In this document: in pieces, positions 38,515 to 50,684 of the stretch
Numbering within the stretch: the stretch's first letter is position 1
Layout of the letters: every line of letters starts with the position of its first letter
Source of the DNA: Octopus sinensis
Lineage: Eukaryota
DNA length: 64,000 bases
Direction: 5' to 3'
Assembly: GCF_006345805.1 (NCBI RefSeq)
Contig: NC_043006.1
Coordinates: forward strand, 37,324,001 to 37,388,000
The notes under the pieces: generated by a model
Told to the model about the DNA's origin: nothing
What the model saw: only the letters and a program-made list of their open reading frames with translations
Database searches by the model: none
Made by a program: the position numbers and the translations under genes

Positions 38515-39780
38515 TGCCTTTGCACAGCTTCTAACGCCGGAGATATACTACGGTGTCAGCTGTTCACTACCAGTGAACTAAGGTAACACCCCTTATTTTT
38601 CAAGAACCATCCAGAGTATTCGAGCAGTTCCAAGCAGTGCTGTTTTCTGCAAGTGCATCATTATTTGCAGCCCCTATTTGCTCCTTGTACTTCTCAAGAT
38701 TTTTACTCACTGTTCCCAGGGCTCCGACTATTATTGGTACTACTATTACTACCACCTTTTACAGCGACCACAACTGCTTAACCTCCCAAGCTAACCTGTT
38801 ATATCTATCGACTTTTCTTTCTTCCTTGTCGCATACCTTGCCAGCTGGACATGCTATATCTATGATCCAGCATCGTTTGCTTTCTTTCTCAATTAACACT
38901 AAGTCTGGTTTCCTATTCTCTATCTCATGGTCGCACTGAATCATAAAATCCCATAGGATCTTTGCATAATCATTTTCGATGATGCTTTTGGGTTTATGTT
39001 CGTACCACTTTTTGCTCTGTCAAGTTCATACTTGTTGCAAAGTATCCAATGGACAATCTTTGCCATATTGTCATGACGTCTCTTATATTCCTTCTGGGCT
39101 AGTGGCGTACATTGACTGGTAATATGCCATACGGTTTCACCATTTTGTCCACAAATTCTGCACTTATCCCTTTCTGATGTGTTGTCTATTCTGTACATGA
39201 TGTAATTGGTTCTTTATGTTTGCTTTTGGACAGCACAGATTAGAGCCTCCGTTTCCGGTTTTAAATCACTTTTAGTCATCAATAGCCATCTTTTTTTCTC
39301 TGTCTTATCTTCAACATCCCTATGAAATCGTCCATGCATTCTTTTCTGTATCCACCTATTTTCAGTTTTATTCATTCTCAAGTCCTTGTACAGTGCTTTA
39401 TCTTTGTAATCTTTCATCCTACACAGGCCTGACATTCTTATTTCCAATAATAGTAGTTCTGTGGCATTTTTTACATTCCATTCTATGTTGTTTTATTCTG
39501 CTCTAATGCTGTGTTTGCATCCAATCATTCCTCTCCCCACTCTTTTTCTTGGTTCATACAGTCTGTCTGTGTGTCACTTTTTGGGTGGAGCATCCCATAT
39601 CTGGTTAGCAGCTTCCTTGTTTTTCTGTCTAAGATGTTTAGTTTGTCTACTGTCCATGCGATTGCCGCTGCTCCATATTGAACTGAGAGTGAAACCGCCC
39701 AAGTGTTGATAGTTTCAATCTTATTCCTCACGTTTAATTTCGACTTAAGTATCAGTCTCAGTCTGCCCGAGTACTCTACC
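38515..39780 (-). mobile_element. R4/Dong-like LINE 3' half
   Basis: CRICGQNGETVWHITSQC, RRHDN, NRKPDLVLI..IDIACP and KVDRY. Shares its 3' UTR with the 3131 copy; (TAA)n at the 3' end. Confidence 0.9.
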
Positions 39781-39802
39781 ATTATAATTATTATTATTTC
39801 AT

Positions 39803-39975
39803 TGTCTTTGCACAGCTTCTAACGCTGGAGATGTACTACAGTGTCAGCTGTTCACCACCAGTGTACTAAGGTAGCACCTCTTATTTTTCGAGCACCTTCC
39901 GGAGTATTCGAGCGGTTCCAAGCAGTTTTGTTTTCTGCAAGTGCTCCACCTTTATTGTAGCCCCTATTTGTTCCA
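39803..39975 (-). mobile_element. Short 3'-end-only copy of the same R4/Dong-like LINE
   Basis: Same GTCTTTGCACAGCTTCTAACGCTGGAG 3' UTR as at 3131 and 38515; ATT repeats on both sides. Confidence 0.8.
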
Positions 39976-39976
39976 C

Positions 39977-40031
<55 letters not shown>

Positions 40032-40283
40032 TATTATTATTATTAAGGCGGTGAGCTGGCAGAATCGTTAGCACGCTGGGCAAAACGCTTGGCAACATTT
40101 TGCCCGTCGCTACGTTCTGAGTCCAAATTCCGCCGAGGTCGTCTTTGCCTCTCATCCTTTCGGGGTCGATTAAATAAGTACCAGTGAAACACTGGGATCG
40201 ATGTAGTCGACTAGTCTCCTCCCCACAAATTTCTGACTTTGTGCCTTTAGTAAAAAGGATCATCATCATCATGAGGGAGCATG

Positions 40284-40505
40284 AAAGTGACACTGAGGTA
40301 CAATCGTACGAAGCCCAATATACCTATCATGACCACTCGTCTGATAAGAGTACACCAGGCACATGCATCACAACCACATATGCGCAACATGGTGATCTCA
40401 TATCAAGATAAACAGCGCATGACCTTGCAAGTGGGGCCCAGTTAATATTTTCTTCACGTCAAGTAACCAATCCCACTCAAAATAACCCTGAATAAGGTTG
40501 TTTCA
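40284..40505 (+). repeat. Unclassified interspersed repeat (second copy 62319-62540)
   Basis: Both copies share AAAGTGACACTG...CTCGTCTGATAAG.GTACAC.AGGCACATGCATCACAACC...GCGCAACATGGTGATCTCATATCAA; each follows a trinucleotide run. Confidence 0.75.
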
Positions 40506-41814
40506 AAATGCTCCTCCACTACTTCTGCTCTCTTTTGATTTGTCATCCCTGATGCCACCCACCCTCTTACTGTGGCCGAATCAGTTCGAATTTCCATTTC
40601 GTGGAGTCCCCATCTCAACGCCAAGTTCACGCTCTTCAGTACTGCATCTAATTCAGCCAGATTGATGTGGCTGCAATCATTCTTTTATCTGAGCCACGCT
40701 GCATCTTCCGCCTCTACATCCCCCCTCCCAGGATGACTCCTATTGCGATGCTACCTGCATCACACCACACAAATCCCTTTTTTTGTTTCGGCCACATTCC
40801 AGCTGCCCCTCACTGGATCCTCCGCTCTCACTCTCTCCAAAACGTCTTGCATCATGGCAATTGTCTTCTCCTCTACTTTGTCGTTTCACTTTACTCTTTC
40901 GGCATGCCTCTTAATGAAGCTGCATGCTGTTCGGAGCCATCCTGCAATTGCGTAGTGTCCCACCAGCTTTCCGCACACCGAGAAGAGCTCTCGCCTGCTC
41001 ATATCTCTGCTGAGTTCTGGAATCTCATTTCCTCGGCGAAAAACAAGCCTGCCCATCTGATTTCTTTCAATCCTAAACCCCAGCGCGGCGCCTCCTCCTA
41101 TGGCCTAAAATTATTTAGATGATCCATGACTTCCTCTGCCGTCCTTACACTCTCATCAACAATGATGTAGTCGATGTACGAATTACTCTCAGGCTCCACC
41201 TCGGCCACCTTCTCTCAGACTGTCTTCAGGACCTTTGCCATGACTTTTGGTGCCGAACTCAGGCTAAACCCCAACCGAGTCAGGCAGTAGGTTCTACCCT
41301 TGTACCTCACTTTACTGCCGTCCACTGCGCTCAGATGTGGGTTACCGGTCCAGCTAGTCACCATTTTTACTGTCACCAAAGTTGTAGTGCAACCAGTATC
41401 CACGAGGGCACGGACCTCCCTCGACCCCACCTGAACGTTTATTATTGGCAGTGACCGCCAGTGCACCTCTAATCGGTTGACGGGGTAGCTACCGACGCAG
41501 TAGCTCCCCTCCATCCGTTTCCCTGTTTGCATTGGTTAGCAATGTATCCAGGCTGGTCACACCGGTAGCACACCACTTCCTGTTTCGGTGCCGTGCACTC
41601 TCTGACCATGTGAGGACCCCCCCCCCCCGACACCTGAAACACGGCCCCTTCGTTATTCATCCAGCTTCTCTTGTCACATTCTTCTTCCCGTTAGCGTCGA
41701 TTCGTCTCTTCGTCGTTTTCGTCTTCGTCATCATACAAACTACAACGCGTGTGTTGTTCTGAGTCATGACGCATGTACGCTCTATCAGTTCGCCCACCGG
41801 TATGGTGTGGGTGC

Positions 41815-42027
41815 GAGCTAGCAGAAACGTTAGCACACCGGGCGAAATGCGTAGCCGTATTTTGTGCCATTACGTTCTGAGTTCAAATTCTGCCGAGGTC
41901 GACTTTGCCTTTCATCCTTTCGGGGTCGATAAATTAAGTACCAGTTACACACTGGGGTCGATGTAATCGACTTAATCCGTTTGTTTGTCCTCTCTGTGTT
42001 TAGCCCCTTGTGGGTAGTAAAGAAATA
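41815..42027 (+). mobile_element. tRNA-derived SINE family A (MetaSINE-like central domain), inserted in gag
   Basis: 16-bp direct repeat GGTATGGTGTGGGTGC at 41799 and 42028. Central GCCTTTCATCCTTTCGGGGTCGATAAATTAAGTACCAG resembles the Meta domain as I recall it. Other copies at about 2279, 13186, 14020, 16985, 34255, 35410-36010, 38264, 40046, 48968-49570, 58428, 62772 and 63320-63735. Confidence 0.85.
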
Positions 42028-42531
42028 GGTATGGTGTGGGTGCCCGCTAGCTGCTGCAAACTTATTGAAATGTGATCGGGAAATCCAGTCACAAAGGCCA
42101 ACCTCACAACACTCTCCATTGCCTCACCGGAAATCCCTGATAAAGCTACCAATCTCCTAATCTCACTCGCATAGTCGTCGACCTGTTCTCCGGTCCACCT
42201 CACGCTTCCGAGCTTACTATACGCCTTAAATGCTCCCTCCGTTTAAGCCATTTTTAGCCGTTCCTCAATCTTCTCGATTTTTTGTTGATCGTCCTCCGCC
42301 ATCTCTAGATACAGGCTCAGCGCGCTACCTTCTAAATTCAACGGTAAGAAGCAGGCTACGTCCTGTATCCAATGTAATTTTGCCACCAGCTTCACTTTCT
42401 GTATCCAGGCCACCACATCACTTTGGCCAGAGAATGGTCTCAACATGTCGTTATCGATTCTAATTTTAGATGCCATATTTTACCGAGGACATTTTTTTTT
42501 TTTGAGCGCTCCGCAATGAGCCGAAATAGTT

Positions 42532-42780
42532 TGTGATATGAAGGGGGAATTAGGAAAGAAGAGAATTAAGGCTTTCTTACCTGTCGAGCTGGGGGAAGCA
42601 TTCTCTCGCTACCCACGTGGGCGTTCTCTTTCCTTCGTTGTCCACACACGTGTTGCCTTCTCGCTGTTCAGTTGTCCTCTGGTCTCTTCCTGTCGCCGCT
42701 GTGCATGCTCTCTTCAGCACTTCCGTTGCTAGGGACTCCCGTCAGGGCCTACCCAATCTCCTACCTCCACTTTCATCACA
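42532..42780 (-). repeat. Putative 5' LTR of the Gypsy element (249 bp)
   Basis: Bounded by TGTGATGAAAG...TTCATATCACA (TG...CA with a short terminal inverted repeat), about 55 bp upstream of the gag ATG. There is no second copy to confirm it. Confidence 0.65.
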
Positions 42781-43076
42781 GCTTCTGCTCAATATCACTA
42801 TATTTGGCATGTTGTGCTTAAGTCACGTTGCTCTTTTTTTTTATCATATGTTCCACTGGGTCTTTTTTTAAATTTATTTTTAGTGGAACGGTGAGTTTCT
42901 GTTTCAATTGTGCCTTTGGTATTGTAGTAATTTCAACTTTTTCTTGCGTGCAGCAGCATTAGCAATAATGCCATGTCCCATGAGAAGGAAGAACATTGCA
43001 GACGTATTTGAACAGCCACTAATGATATGAGCCTGGCATAATTGACACTTGTTATCACAGCGTGGAAGTTTAGGAT
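42781..43076 (-). mobile_element. R4/Dong-like LINE fragment (CCHC region), with a companion RT-thumb fragment at about 44160-44250
   Basis: CDNKCQLCQAHIISGCS...MGHGIIA resembles the 26.4 kb CCHC/RHD region; 44160-44250 reads RKIWESELSAFNKTVSH. The hammerhead SINE pair lies between the two pieces. Confidence 0.7.
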
Positions 43077-43132
43077 GCATTATTTACATTATTTACATTT
43101 GACGGATATTTGTCTTCAATTTGATTGTTGCT

Positions 43133-43178
43133 AACACAGCGTTTCGGCTGATATGTCCTCTAGCCTTCATCAGGTGTC
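43133..43178 (-). ncRNA. Minimal type I hammerhead motif (F1)
   Basis: GACAC-CTGATGA-AGGCTA..CAGCC-GAAA-CG-CT-GTGTT; C at position 16.1. Confidence 0.6.
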
Positions 43179-43299
43179 TTGAGGAAATTTCGAACCTGGG
43201 TTCTCATTCCTAAGGTATTTTTCGATGCTGTTACCATTATCATTATTATTATTATTATCATTATTAATATTATTATTATTGTTATTATTATTATTATTA

Positions 43300-43367
<68 letters not shown>

Positions 43368-43473
43368 TCACTGCTTGGAATCGAACACGTAATCATGGGG
43401 TTAGTAGCCCGCGCTCTTAACCGCTACGCCATATGCCCACGGGCAAGATTCCGAGTTCGATTCTAGGCAGTGA

Positions 43474-43529
<56 letters not shown>

Positions 43530-43545
43530 TAATAATAATAATAAT

Positions 43546-43922
43546 ATAAAGACCTACTCATTGAAATTGAGAAAATGTGGCATCTCAAGGCGGTTACAAT
43601 ACCAGTGATCGTAGGAGCACTAGGAATGATCAAGAAGGGAACCGAAAATTATATGAGAATGATCCCTGGCTTACCATCCCTGCAAGAAGTGCAAAAGTTT
43701 GTCTTAACTGGTACATCACACGTATTGAGAAGAGCATTGTCGATGTGAGAACTGTTGCTGCTCATGCATTTTAATTTAACTTTAAAAAAAAAAAAAAAAA
43801 AAATGAACGAACTACTGAGTTTGGTTTAATGGCCTACCAATATACACTATGAGTTTCTTTGCCCTAGGAGTCGGGAAGACACTCGGCAAGAAATAGAAGA
43901 AAATTTGAAAGAAGAAAAAAAA

Positions 43923-43923
<1 letters not shown>
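43546..43923 (+). mobile_element. R4/Dong-like LINE 3' end inserted in a (TAA)n tract
   Basis: Open YKDLLIEIEKMWHLKAVTIPVIVGALG...LRRALSM* followed by a 3' UTR; (TAA)n on both sides. Confidence 0.85.
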
Positions 43924-43976
<53 letters not shown>

Positions 43977-44023
43977 TCGAAAAATACCTTAGGAATGAGA
44001 ACCCAGGTTCGAAATTTCCCCAA

Positions 44024-44068
44024 GACACAGATGAAGGCTGGAGGGTATATCAGCTGAAACGCTGTGTT
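44024..44068 (+). ncRNA. Degenerate hammerhead motif (F1)
   Basis: Core reads CAGATGA rather than CTGATGA; GAAACG and GTGTT are retained. Probably inactive. Confidence 0.5.
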
Positions 44069-44829
44069 AACAACAAACAAGATGAGGACAAATATCCGTC
44101 AAATGTAAATAATGTAAATAATGTGCATAATCCCTCATCTCTTAAATATAGAACTGTATTGTGAGATACAGTTTTATTGAATGCAGACAGCTCTGACTCC
44201 CATATCTTCCGAAGTTTACGGCAGTATCCTCTTATCACTCTAGGTTTACTGACATGACCAACATATAGATTTTTTTCTCTCTCGCTGTTTTCGCTGATTC
44301 GCAGGATTCTCTGTCGTCATCTATATCCATTATCATGAATTTGGAATGTGAGCTTAAGTCACAATGAATCTTTCATTTGCCGATTACACTACCATGGATG
44401 CCACCACTGTGGATGCTTTGCAGCAACTTGCTGGTGATCCTGAGCGTTGATCTTCTAGGGTCCTCCGCTCAGCCTGCCAGGTAGCTTTTGTATTTAAAAA
44501 AAAGCAAACCTGACAAAGGTTTCCCTGCGAGGACAAAAAACATTACAAGTAAGCTGCCAAGTATCGGTGGTTCCTCCCCCACCCGACATCTAACAGGATC
44601 CTTCTTTCATGCAGTACTTCATGTACATAAATGGTAAAGTTCTGCTTAAACTTCGATGGACGATGTGATTTTAGTATCTTACATTCCTCACTCGTTCTTA
44701 TGAGATCATAACCGGTTGCCACATGTCCGTATAATAATAATAATGAAATTATTGTATACAGTGCTCTGGTGCACCACAACTTGTCAGAGTATATGCAGTA
44801 ATGTACAAATGTCTGGAAAGCGAACAATG

Positions 44830-45120
44830 CATGAGTCAGATACATGCTTGTGTGTGTATGGAGGGGAGAAAATCAGGTGTAGTGTTGGCGAATCTCAGAA
44901 AGCATGGAAGTTTTGAAGGATACAGTGCTCCGACAACTAACAACTGACGCCGGCAGTTTGTTCCATGCTTCAGCAACTCTTAGCGTGAAAAAATGTTTCC
45001 TGAAGTCATGGGAGCTGTGCTGTTTTCTGACTTTGTAAATATGTCCACGGGTGTTAGATGGGTGGAGTTTGAAAAGGTGCTCAGAATCATTGTTCGTACG
45101 ATGGTTGATAATTTCGACGT
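44830..45120 (-). mobile_element. CR1-like LINE 3' end
   Basis: KIINHRTNNDSEHLFKLHPSNTRGHIYKVRKQ...RKHFFTLRVAEAWNKLP is the typical CR1 ORF2 C-terminus. Confidence 0.8.
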
Positions 45121-46233
45121 TTGTATATTAGTATTTGTCTTGATTGTGTTTTCTTGTCTTTCAATTGAATAAATTTACTGTGCACGCATATATAAGTGTA
45201 TAGGGGCCGGTAGTTTCTTGTAGATATTTTGGGGCAGATGCTACTGATGTGGGTTATGTTTGTATGTGTATATGAATTAGTATTTCTATCTTTACGGCTA
45301 AAGTTCTAGGACCTCAGACACACTCGCCACCTTCTATTCGTTGAGTTTCCATCTTCTCTACGTGGTAGATACGTTCGATGGGTATCACGAATTCTCTTCT
45401 AAACAGATTTGCTGCTAGGGTTGTCTCCCTTAATCTTCGCCTCTTCACAGGTTGTAAAGATTAAAACCAGCCGTTGCTCTTCTACTAATATAATTGCCTT
45501 CCAAGGTAGCGAAGGCCAGAATCCTCATCTAGTCATATTGCTGATGTAGTTGTGGATCCAAAATTGCCTTCTACTGAGAATGTTTAAGCAAAACCGAAAT
45601 GACGTTTCACGATCTGTGTCCTAACGGGATGTCGGACACTAACCCAGAAGTTCGAAGTCCTTGCATATTGCTAGATACCCGTCCATCATACATTCGTTTT
45701 ATTTGTCCTGACGAGTCTCAAGCAATCCGTCTCTGCAGGCAAGCTTGATGGGGCAGCTGGTTTTATCACCGTCGATCCGAGCAAGCAATCGGCTGAACCG
45801 GACAGTGTACGACTGGTAGCACAATTGACCAATTTTGCGCGCGTGTCACATATTATCTTACGACGTTTTTCACAGGATAACACTACGACAGCAGCGCAAG
45901 GGAAACAACTCTTCATCATAAAGTTTACTTACTGTTATTCTGACATTGAATTATCTCCCATGTACCAATAACCGCTCAATTGTCGATTGTATCCGGGACC
46001 AATAAGAGCGTGTAATGGTTCTCACCCAATAACAATTAATTTTATTTATTAGCTTCATCCAAAATTAATTAATGTAGAGAGGCAGGCATGGGCGCATGGT
46101 TAAGACGTTCACGTTGCAACTAAATGGATTTAGGTTCCGTCCCACTGCTTGGCACCTCGGATGCCTTAAAATATAGCTCCAGGCCGACCAGTGCCTTGTG
46201 AGTGAATTTGGTGGACGGAAACTGAAAAAAGCC

Positions 46234-46274
<41 letters not shown>

Positions 46275-46626
46275 ATGTGTGTGTGGTGGGGGTCCACTTT
46301 CCAGCGCTTGACAACCGGTGTTCATATGTTTACATCTCTGTAACCTAGCGTTTCGGCAAAAGGCACCGAGATAATAAATATCAGGCTTTAAAAAAATGCA
46401 TTGGGATCGATTGATTCGACTAAAAATTATTCAAGGCGGTGCCCCAGCATGGCCGCAGTCTAGTGACTGAAACAAGTAAAAGGATGTGTGTGTGTGTGTG
46501 CGTGTTCGCGCGCGTATGTGCGTGTGTGTAGTTGAGAAAGGAAACACAATGCGACAATTCTATTAAATGTTTTCCAAAAGAAGAAAAAAAACCATGGTTA
46601 AATACCAAAGAATTTTTTTTTATTTA

Positions 46627-46814
46627 TCATAAGAGAGGACACAAGAAATACAGATGAAATATAAACACAGCAAATATGGCTGTCATTCCGTTCGTTAGGG
46701 ACAGCTTTAGGGACCCGGAGTTGGTTATAGTAGTTGTGGGTGCAGTTAGACTCGGCACCTCACATTCGTCTCGTTTCTGCTCTGACTGGTAAATAAGTGC
46801 ACCAAGCGACCAAT
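46627..46814 (-). CDS. NTPDase terminal exon with ACR5 and hydrophobic C-terminus
   Basis: Acceptor TTTTGTTTTTAAAG|AT completes codon D, giving ACR5 DWSLGALIY. A Ser/Thr stalk follows, then MTAIFAVFIFHLYFLCPLL*. Confidence 0.9.
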
Positions 46815-46906
46815 CTTTAAAAACAAAAAACGAAAGGAAATTCAATGAAAAGCGATCTAAATAAAACAATTATCAAAATGTATGTTAAACAGACATACAG
46901 ACATAC

Positions 46907-47517
<611 letters not shown>

Positions 47518-47664
47518 AGATAGATTCGAAATTTGCACAGAAAGATATCAAAGGAACACGCGAAAATTTCACAAATAATACGCGGACGTGCTCTTTCCTC
47601 ATTAGTTATCGTCCATAAATCATAACAGTTTCACGCATTTAATGTTAATATTGTTCACTTTGGT

Positions 47665-47787
<123 letters not shown>

Positions 47788-48062
47788 GGATAGATAGATT
47801 AGCTGACCGACTCTTAGATAAACAACTGGCAGATAGAATAGGTGATAGATCAGTGTTAAATAATATATTCACCCGCACTCGTACGTATGTCAACACACAC
47901 ACACACACACACACACACACCACGTTCATACACATATACACACACACAGAAAGGGAGAGAGATGGGAGAGAGAGAGGGGGAGAGAAGCTGTTCGGAGGAG
48001 AAGAGCTAAAAATTTCATTTGCATAGAAAAAAAAACATTTTGAGCAAACGAATGACGAGAAA

Positions 48063-48462
48063 TCTTTATATATAAAAATCAAGTTGTGTGTCTGTCTCCT
48101 ACGATTTAGATTCCTAACTACTCCCACATTTTGCGGTGCAGTTTAACCAAAACCGGGTATCTTATAGTCGTGATTCATATCGAGCCCTTCTGGGTATTAG
48201 CACGCGTCTACGAAAAGTATACGATTTTTAAAAAAAATTACCATCATTTTTTTTCCATTTTAATGCATTTTTTCGATATTATATAAGGGAAGTAACTCTC
48301 TAAAAATGTCTACGATGAGTCAACGATTTAAAAAAAAAATTACCATAATTTATTTTTCCATTTTTAATGCATTTTTTTGCTATTTTTTGGCTATAACTCT
48401 CTAAAAATGCTTATATAGTTATTTCCCTTACAAACCCGAGTAACGCCGGGCGATACTGCTAG
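48063..48462 (+). mobile_element. Non-autonomous Helitron (400 bp) in the NTPDase last intron
   Basis: A|TCTTTATATATAAAAA 5' end, subterminal hairpin CCCG-AGTAACGC-CGGG and CTAG|T 3' end; inserted between A and T. Contains an internal duplication of about 100 bp. Confidence 0.85.
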
Positions 48463-50034
48463 TGATGACTAAATCAATTTAGAATTTAAAAGTTTATAAA
48501 ACTAATTTCGGACCTTGTGCCAAGGCTAGAAAAGAATAAAACTAATCCAAGTGGTCATATGTGATTGTAAGGTTAGCATTATGATTACAAAACATCTTCA
48601 ATATGACAGTCTCAGATTTCAGAATCCATTTAGCTTGGATTATTACAGTTGATAATAGCCAGCACTATTGAGATGTCAAATGAATATGTACACCACTTTT
48701 CGTACTTCACCTCTAAATTCCTTCCTATATATTTATTCATTATTTACCGTTCTTAAGGTAGCGAGATGGCAGAATCGTTACTGCGTCGGCAAAAAGAAAT
48801 GCTTAGCGGCATTTCATCCGTCTTTATAATTTGAGTTCAAATGCAGCCAAGGTGGACTTTACTTTTCGTCCTTTCAGGTTTGCCCGTTGCCCCGAAATTG
48901 CTGGCCTTCAACCAAAATTTGGAACCATTATTTATCGTTCTTGGTAGCCATGTATATAGAGATTCTAAAGTGGCGAGCTGGCAGAAACGTTAGCACGTCG
49001 GTCGAAATGCTTAGCGGTATTTCGTCTGCGTTACGTTGTGAGTTCAAATTCCGCCGAGGTCGACTTTGCCTTTCATCCTTTCGGGGTCGATAAATTAAGT
49101 ACCAGTTACGCACTGGGGTCGATGTAATCGACTTAATACCTATGTCTGTCCTTGTTTGTCCCCTCTGTGTTTAGCCCCTTGTGGGTAATAAAGAAATAGG
49201 TATTTCGTCTGCCGCTATGTTCTGAGTTCAAATTCCGTCGCGGTCGACTTTGCCTCTCATCCTTTCGGGGGTCGATACATTAAGTATCAGTTACGCACTG
49301 GGGTTGATCTAATCGACTTAATCCCTTTGTCTGTCCTTGTTTGTCCCCTCTATGTTTAGCCCCTTATGGACAATTAAGAAATAAGAAACGTTAGCATGCC
49401 GGGCGAAATGCTAAGAGGTATTTCGTCTATCTTTACGTTCTGAGTTCAAATTCCACCGAGGTCGACTTTGCCTTTCATCCTTTCGGGGTCGATAAATTAA
49501 GTACCACTTGTGTACTGGGGTCTATCTAATCGACTTGCCCCACCTCCCCAAAATTTCAGGCCTTGTGCCTAGAGTAGAAAATGTATATAGAGATTCTTTC
49601 ATGTATAACATTGCTATATTATTCAGGGTGCAAACATTTCGCCCGTTTTCACGTTCTGAAAAAGATGAAAGGGGAGCTCGACAAGATTCCAACTCAGAGA
49701 GAAGAGAGGCGTAAAAAAAACAAAAAAAAACAAACTATAAGAACTATAATATGATAAATATTTCGTTAATTATTCCATTCTCTTGTCTCTGCTGTTGTAA
49801 TTTAATAACGAGGTCGACTTTGCCTTTCATCCTTTTGGAGTCGATAACATAAGTCCCAGTAAAACAGTGGGGTCGATCCAAATCTCACGAGCGGAAGCTC
49901 ATACACACACATACATACACAAGCACTCGCACAACATACACACATTGAGACACACACTCACACACACACACACACGTATGCATCATAATAGAGAAGTGTT
50001 TACAAAGGCGAGAAAAAGAAAACAAGTGAAATCA

Positions 50035-50087
<53 letters not shown>

Positions 50088-50147
50088 GAGTAGTGGTGCA
50101 ACAAGGCACCAATGTTTACTAGAAATAGCAGACGATAAATTTACGAT

Positions 50148-50193
<46 letters not shown>

Positions 50194-50213
50194 TATTATA
50201 TGTATATATATAT

Positions 50214-50313
<100 letters not shown>

Positions 50314-50481
50314 GGGAGAGAGAGGAGGAGAGAGAGACAGATAGACAGACAGAAAGAGAGGAAGAGACGGAGAGAGAGAAATGGTGAGAGATAAAAAGAA
50401 AAGAAAACTGAACAAAACAAATAAAAAAAATAGAGGGCATAATAAAATAAAAAAATAAACATTCGATGTGTTTATAGTGAC

Positions 50482-50644
50482 CTGGTGATTTATTGTTGAT
50501 TTTTTTCTTCATATAAATTGAGGTTGTGTTTTGAGGAAAGCCATAAGCGTTCTTCAGAAGTAATGGTATAAACACTCCGCTGATACAATTGTTCGAGGCA
50601 TATTTGGGATTAGCACCAGTCACTTCAACAGCCTCATCTATCGT
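50482..50644 (-). CDS. NTPDase penultimate exon
   Basis: Acceptor TTTGTCGTTGCAG|ACG (phase 0), donor CCAG|GTCACT (phase 1). Encodes TIDEAVEVTGANPKYASNNCISGVFIPLLLKNAYGF...KKINNKSP. Confidence 0.87.
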
Positions 50645-50684
50645 CTGCAACGACAAAGAGATAAAATAATAAAGACAAAGATGA

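Larger units (their letters stand above)
40505..42780 (-). mobile_element. Truncated, internally deleted Ty3/Gypsy LTR retrotransposon
   Basis: On -: gag (MASKIRIDNDMLRPF...), zinc knuckles (CYRCDQPGYIANQC; a frameshifted CFRC..GPHMVREC), protease ALVDTG, RT YCLTRLGFSLSSAP and YIDYIIV, and RNase H HINLAELDAV...IRTDSATV. The order PR-RT-RH is Gypsy-like. No integrase or second LTR. Confidence 0.9.
43077..44156. mobile_element. Second inverted F1 pair, interrupted by an R4 3' end
   Basis: Minus copy 43077-43438 (A box TGGCGTAGCGG, B box GTTCGATTCC); plus copy 43444-44156 starts inside the head. Confidence 0.85.

Noticed and set aside
43364-43438. tRNA gene (also 18870-18944, 19850-19922, 54672-54743)
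   Set aside because: A and B boxes are present, but there is no proper acceptor stem and each is fused to a repeat body, so these are SINE heads.
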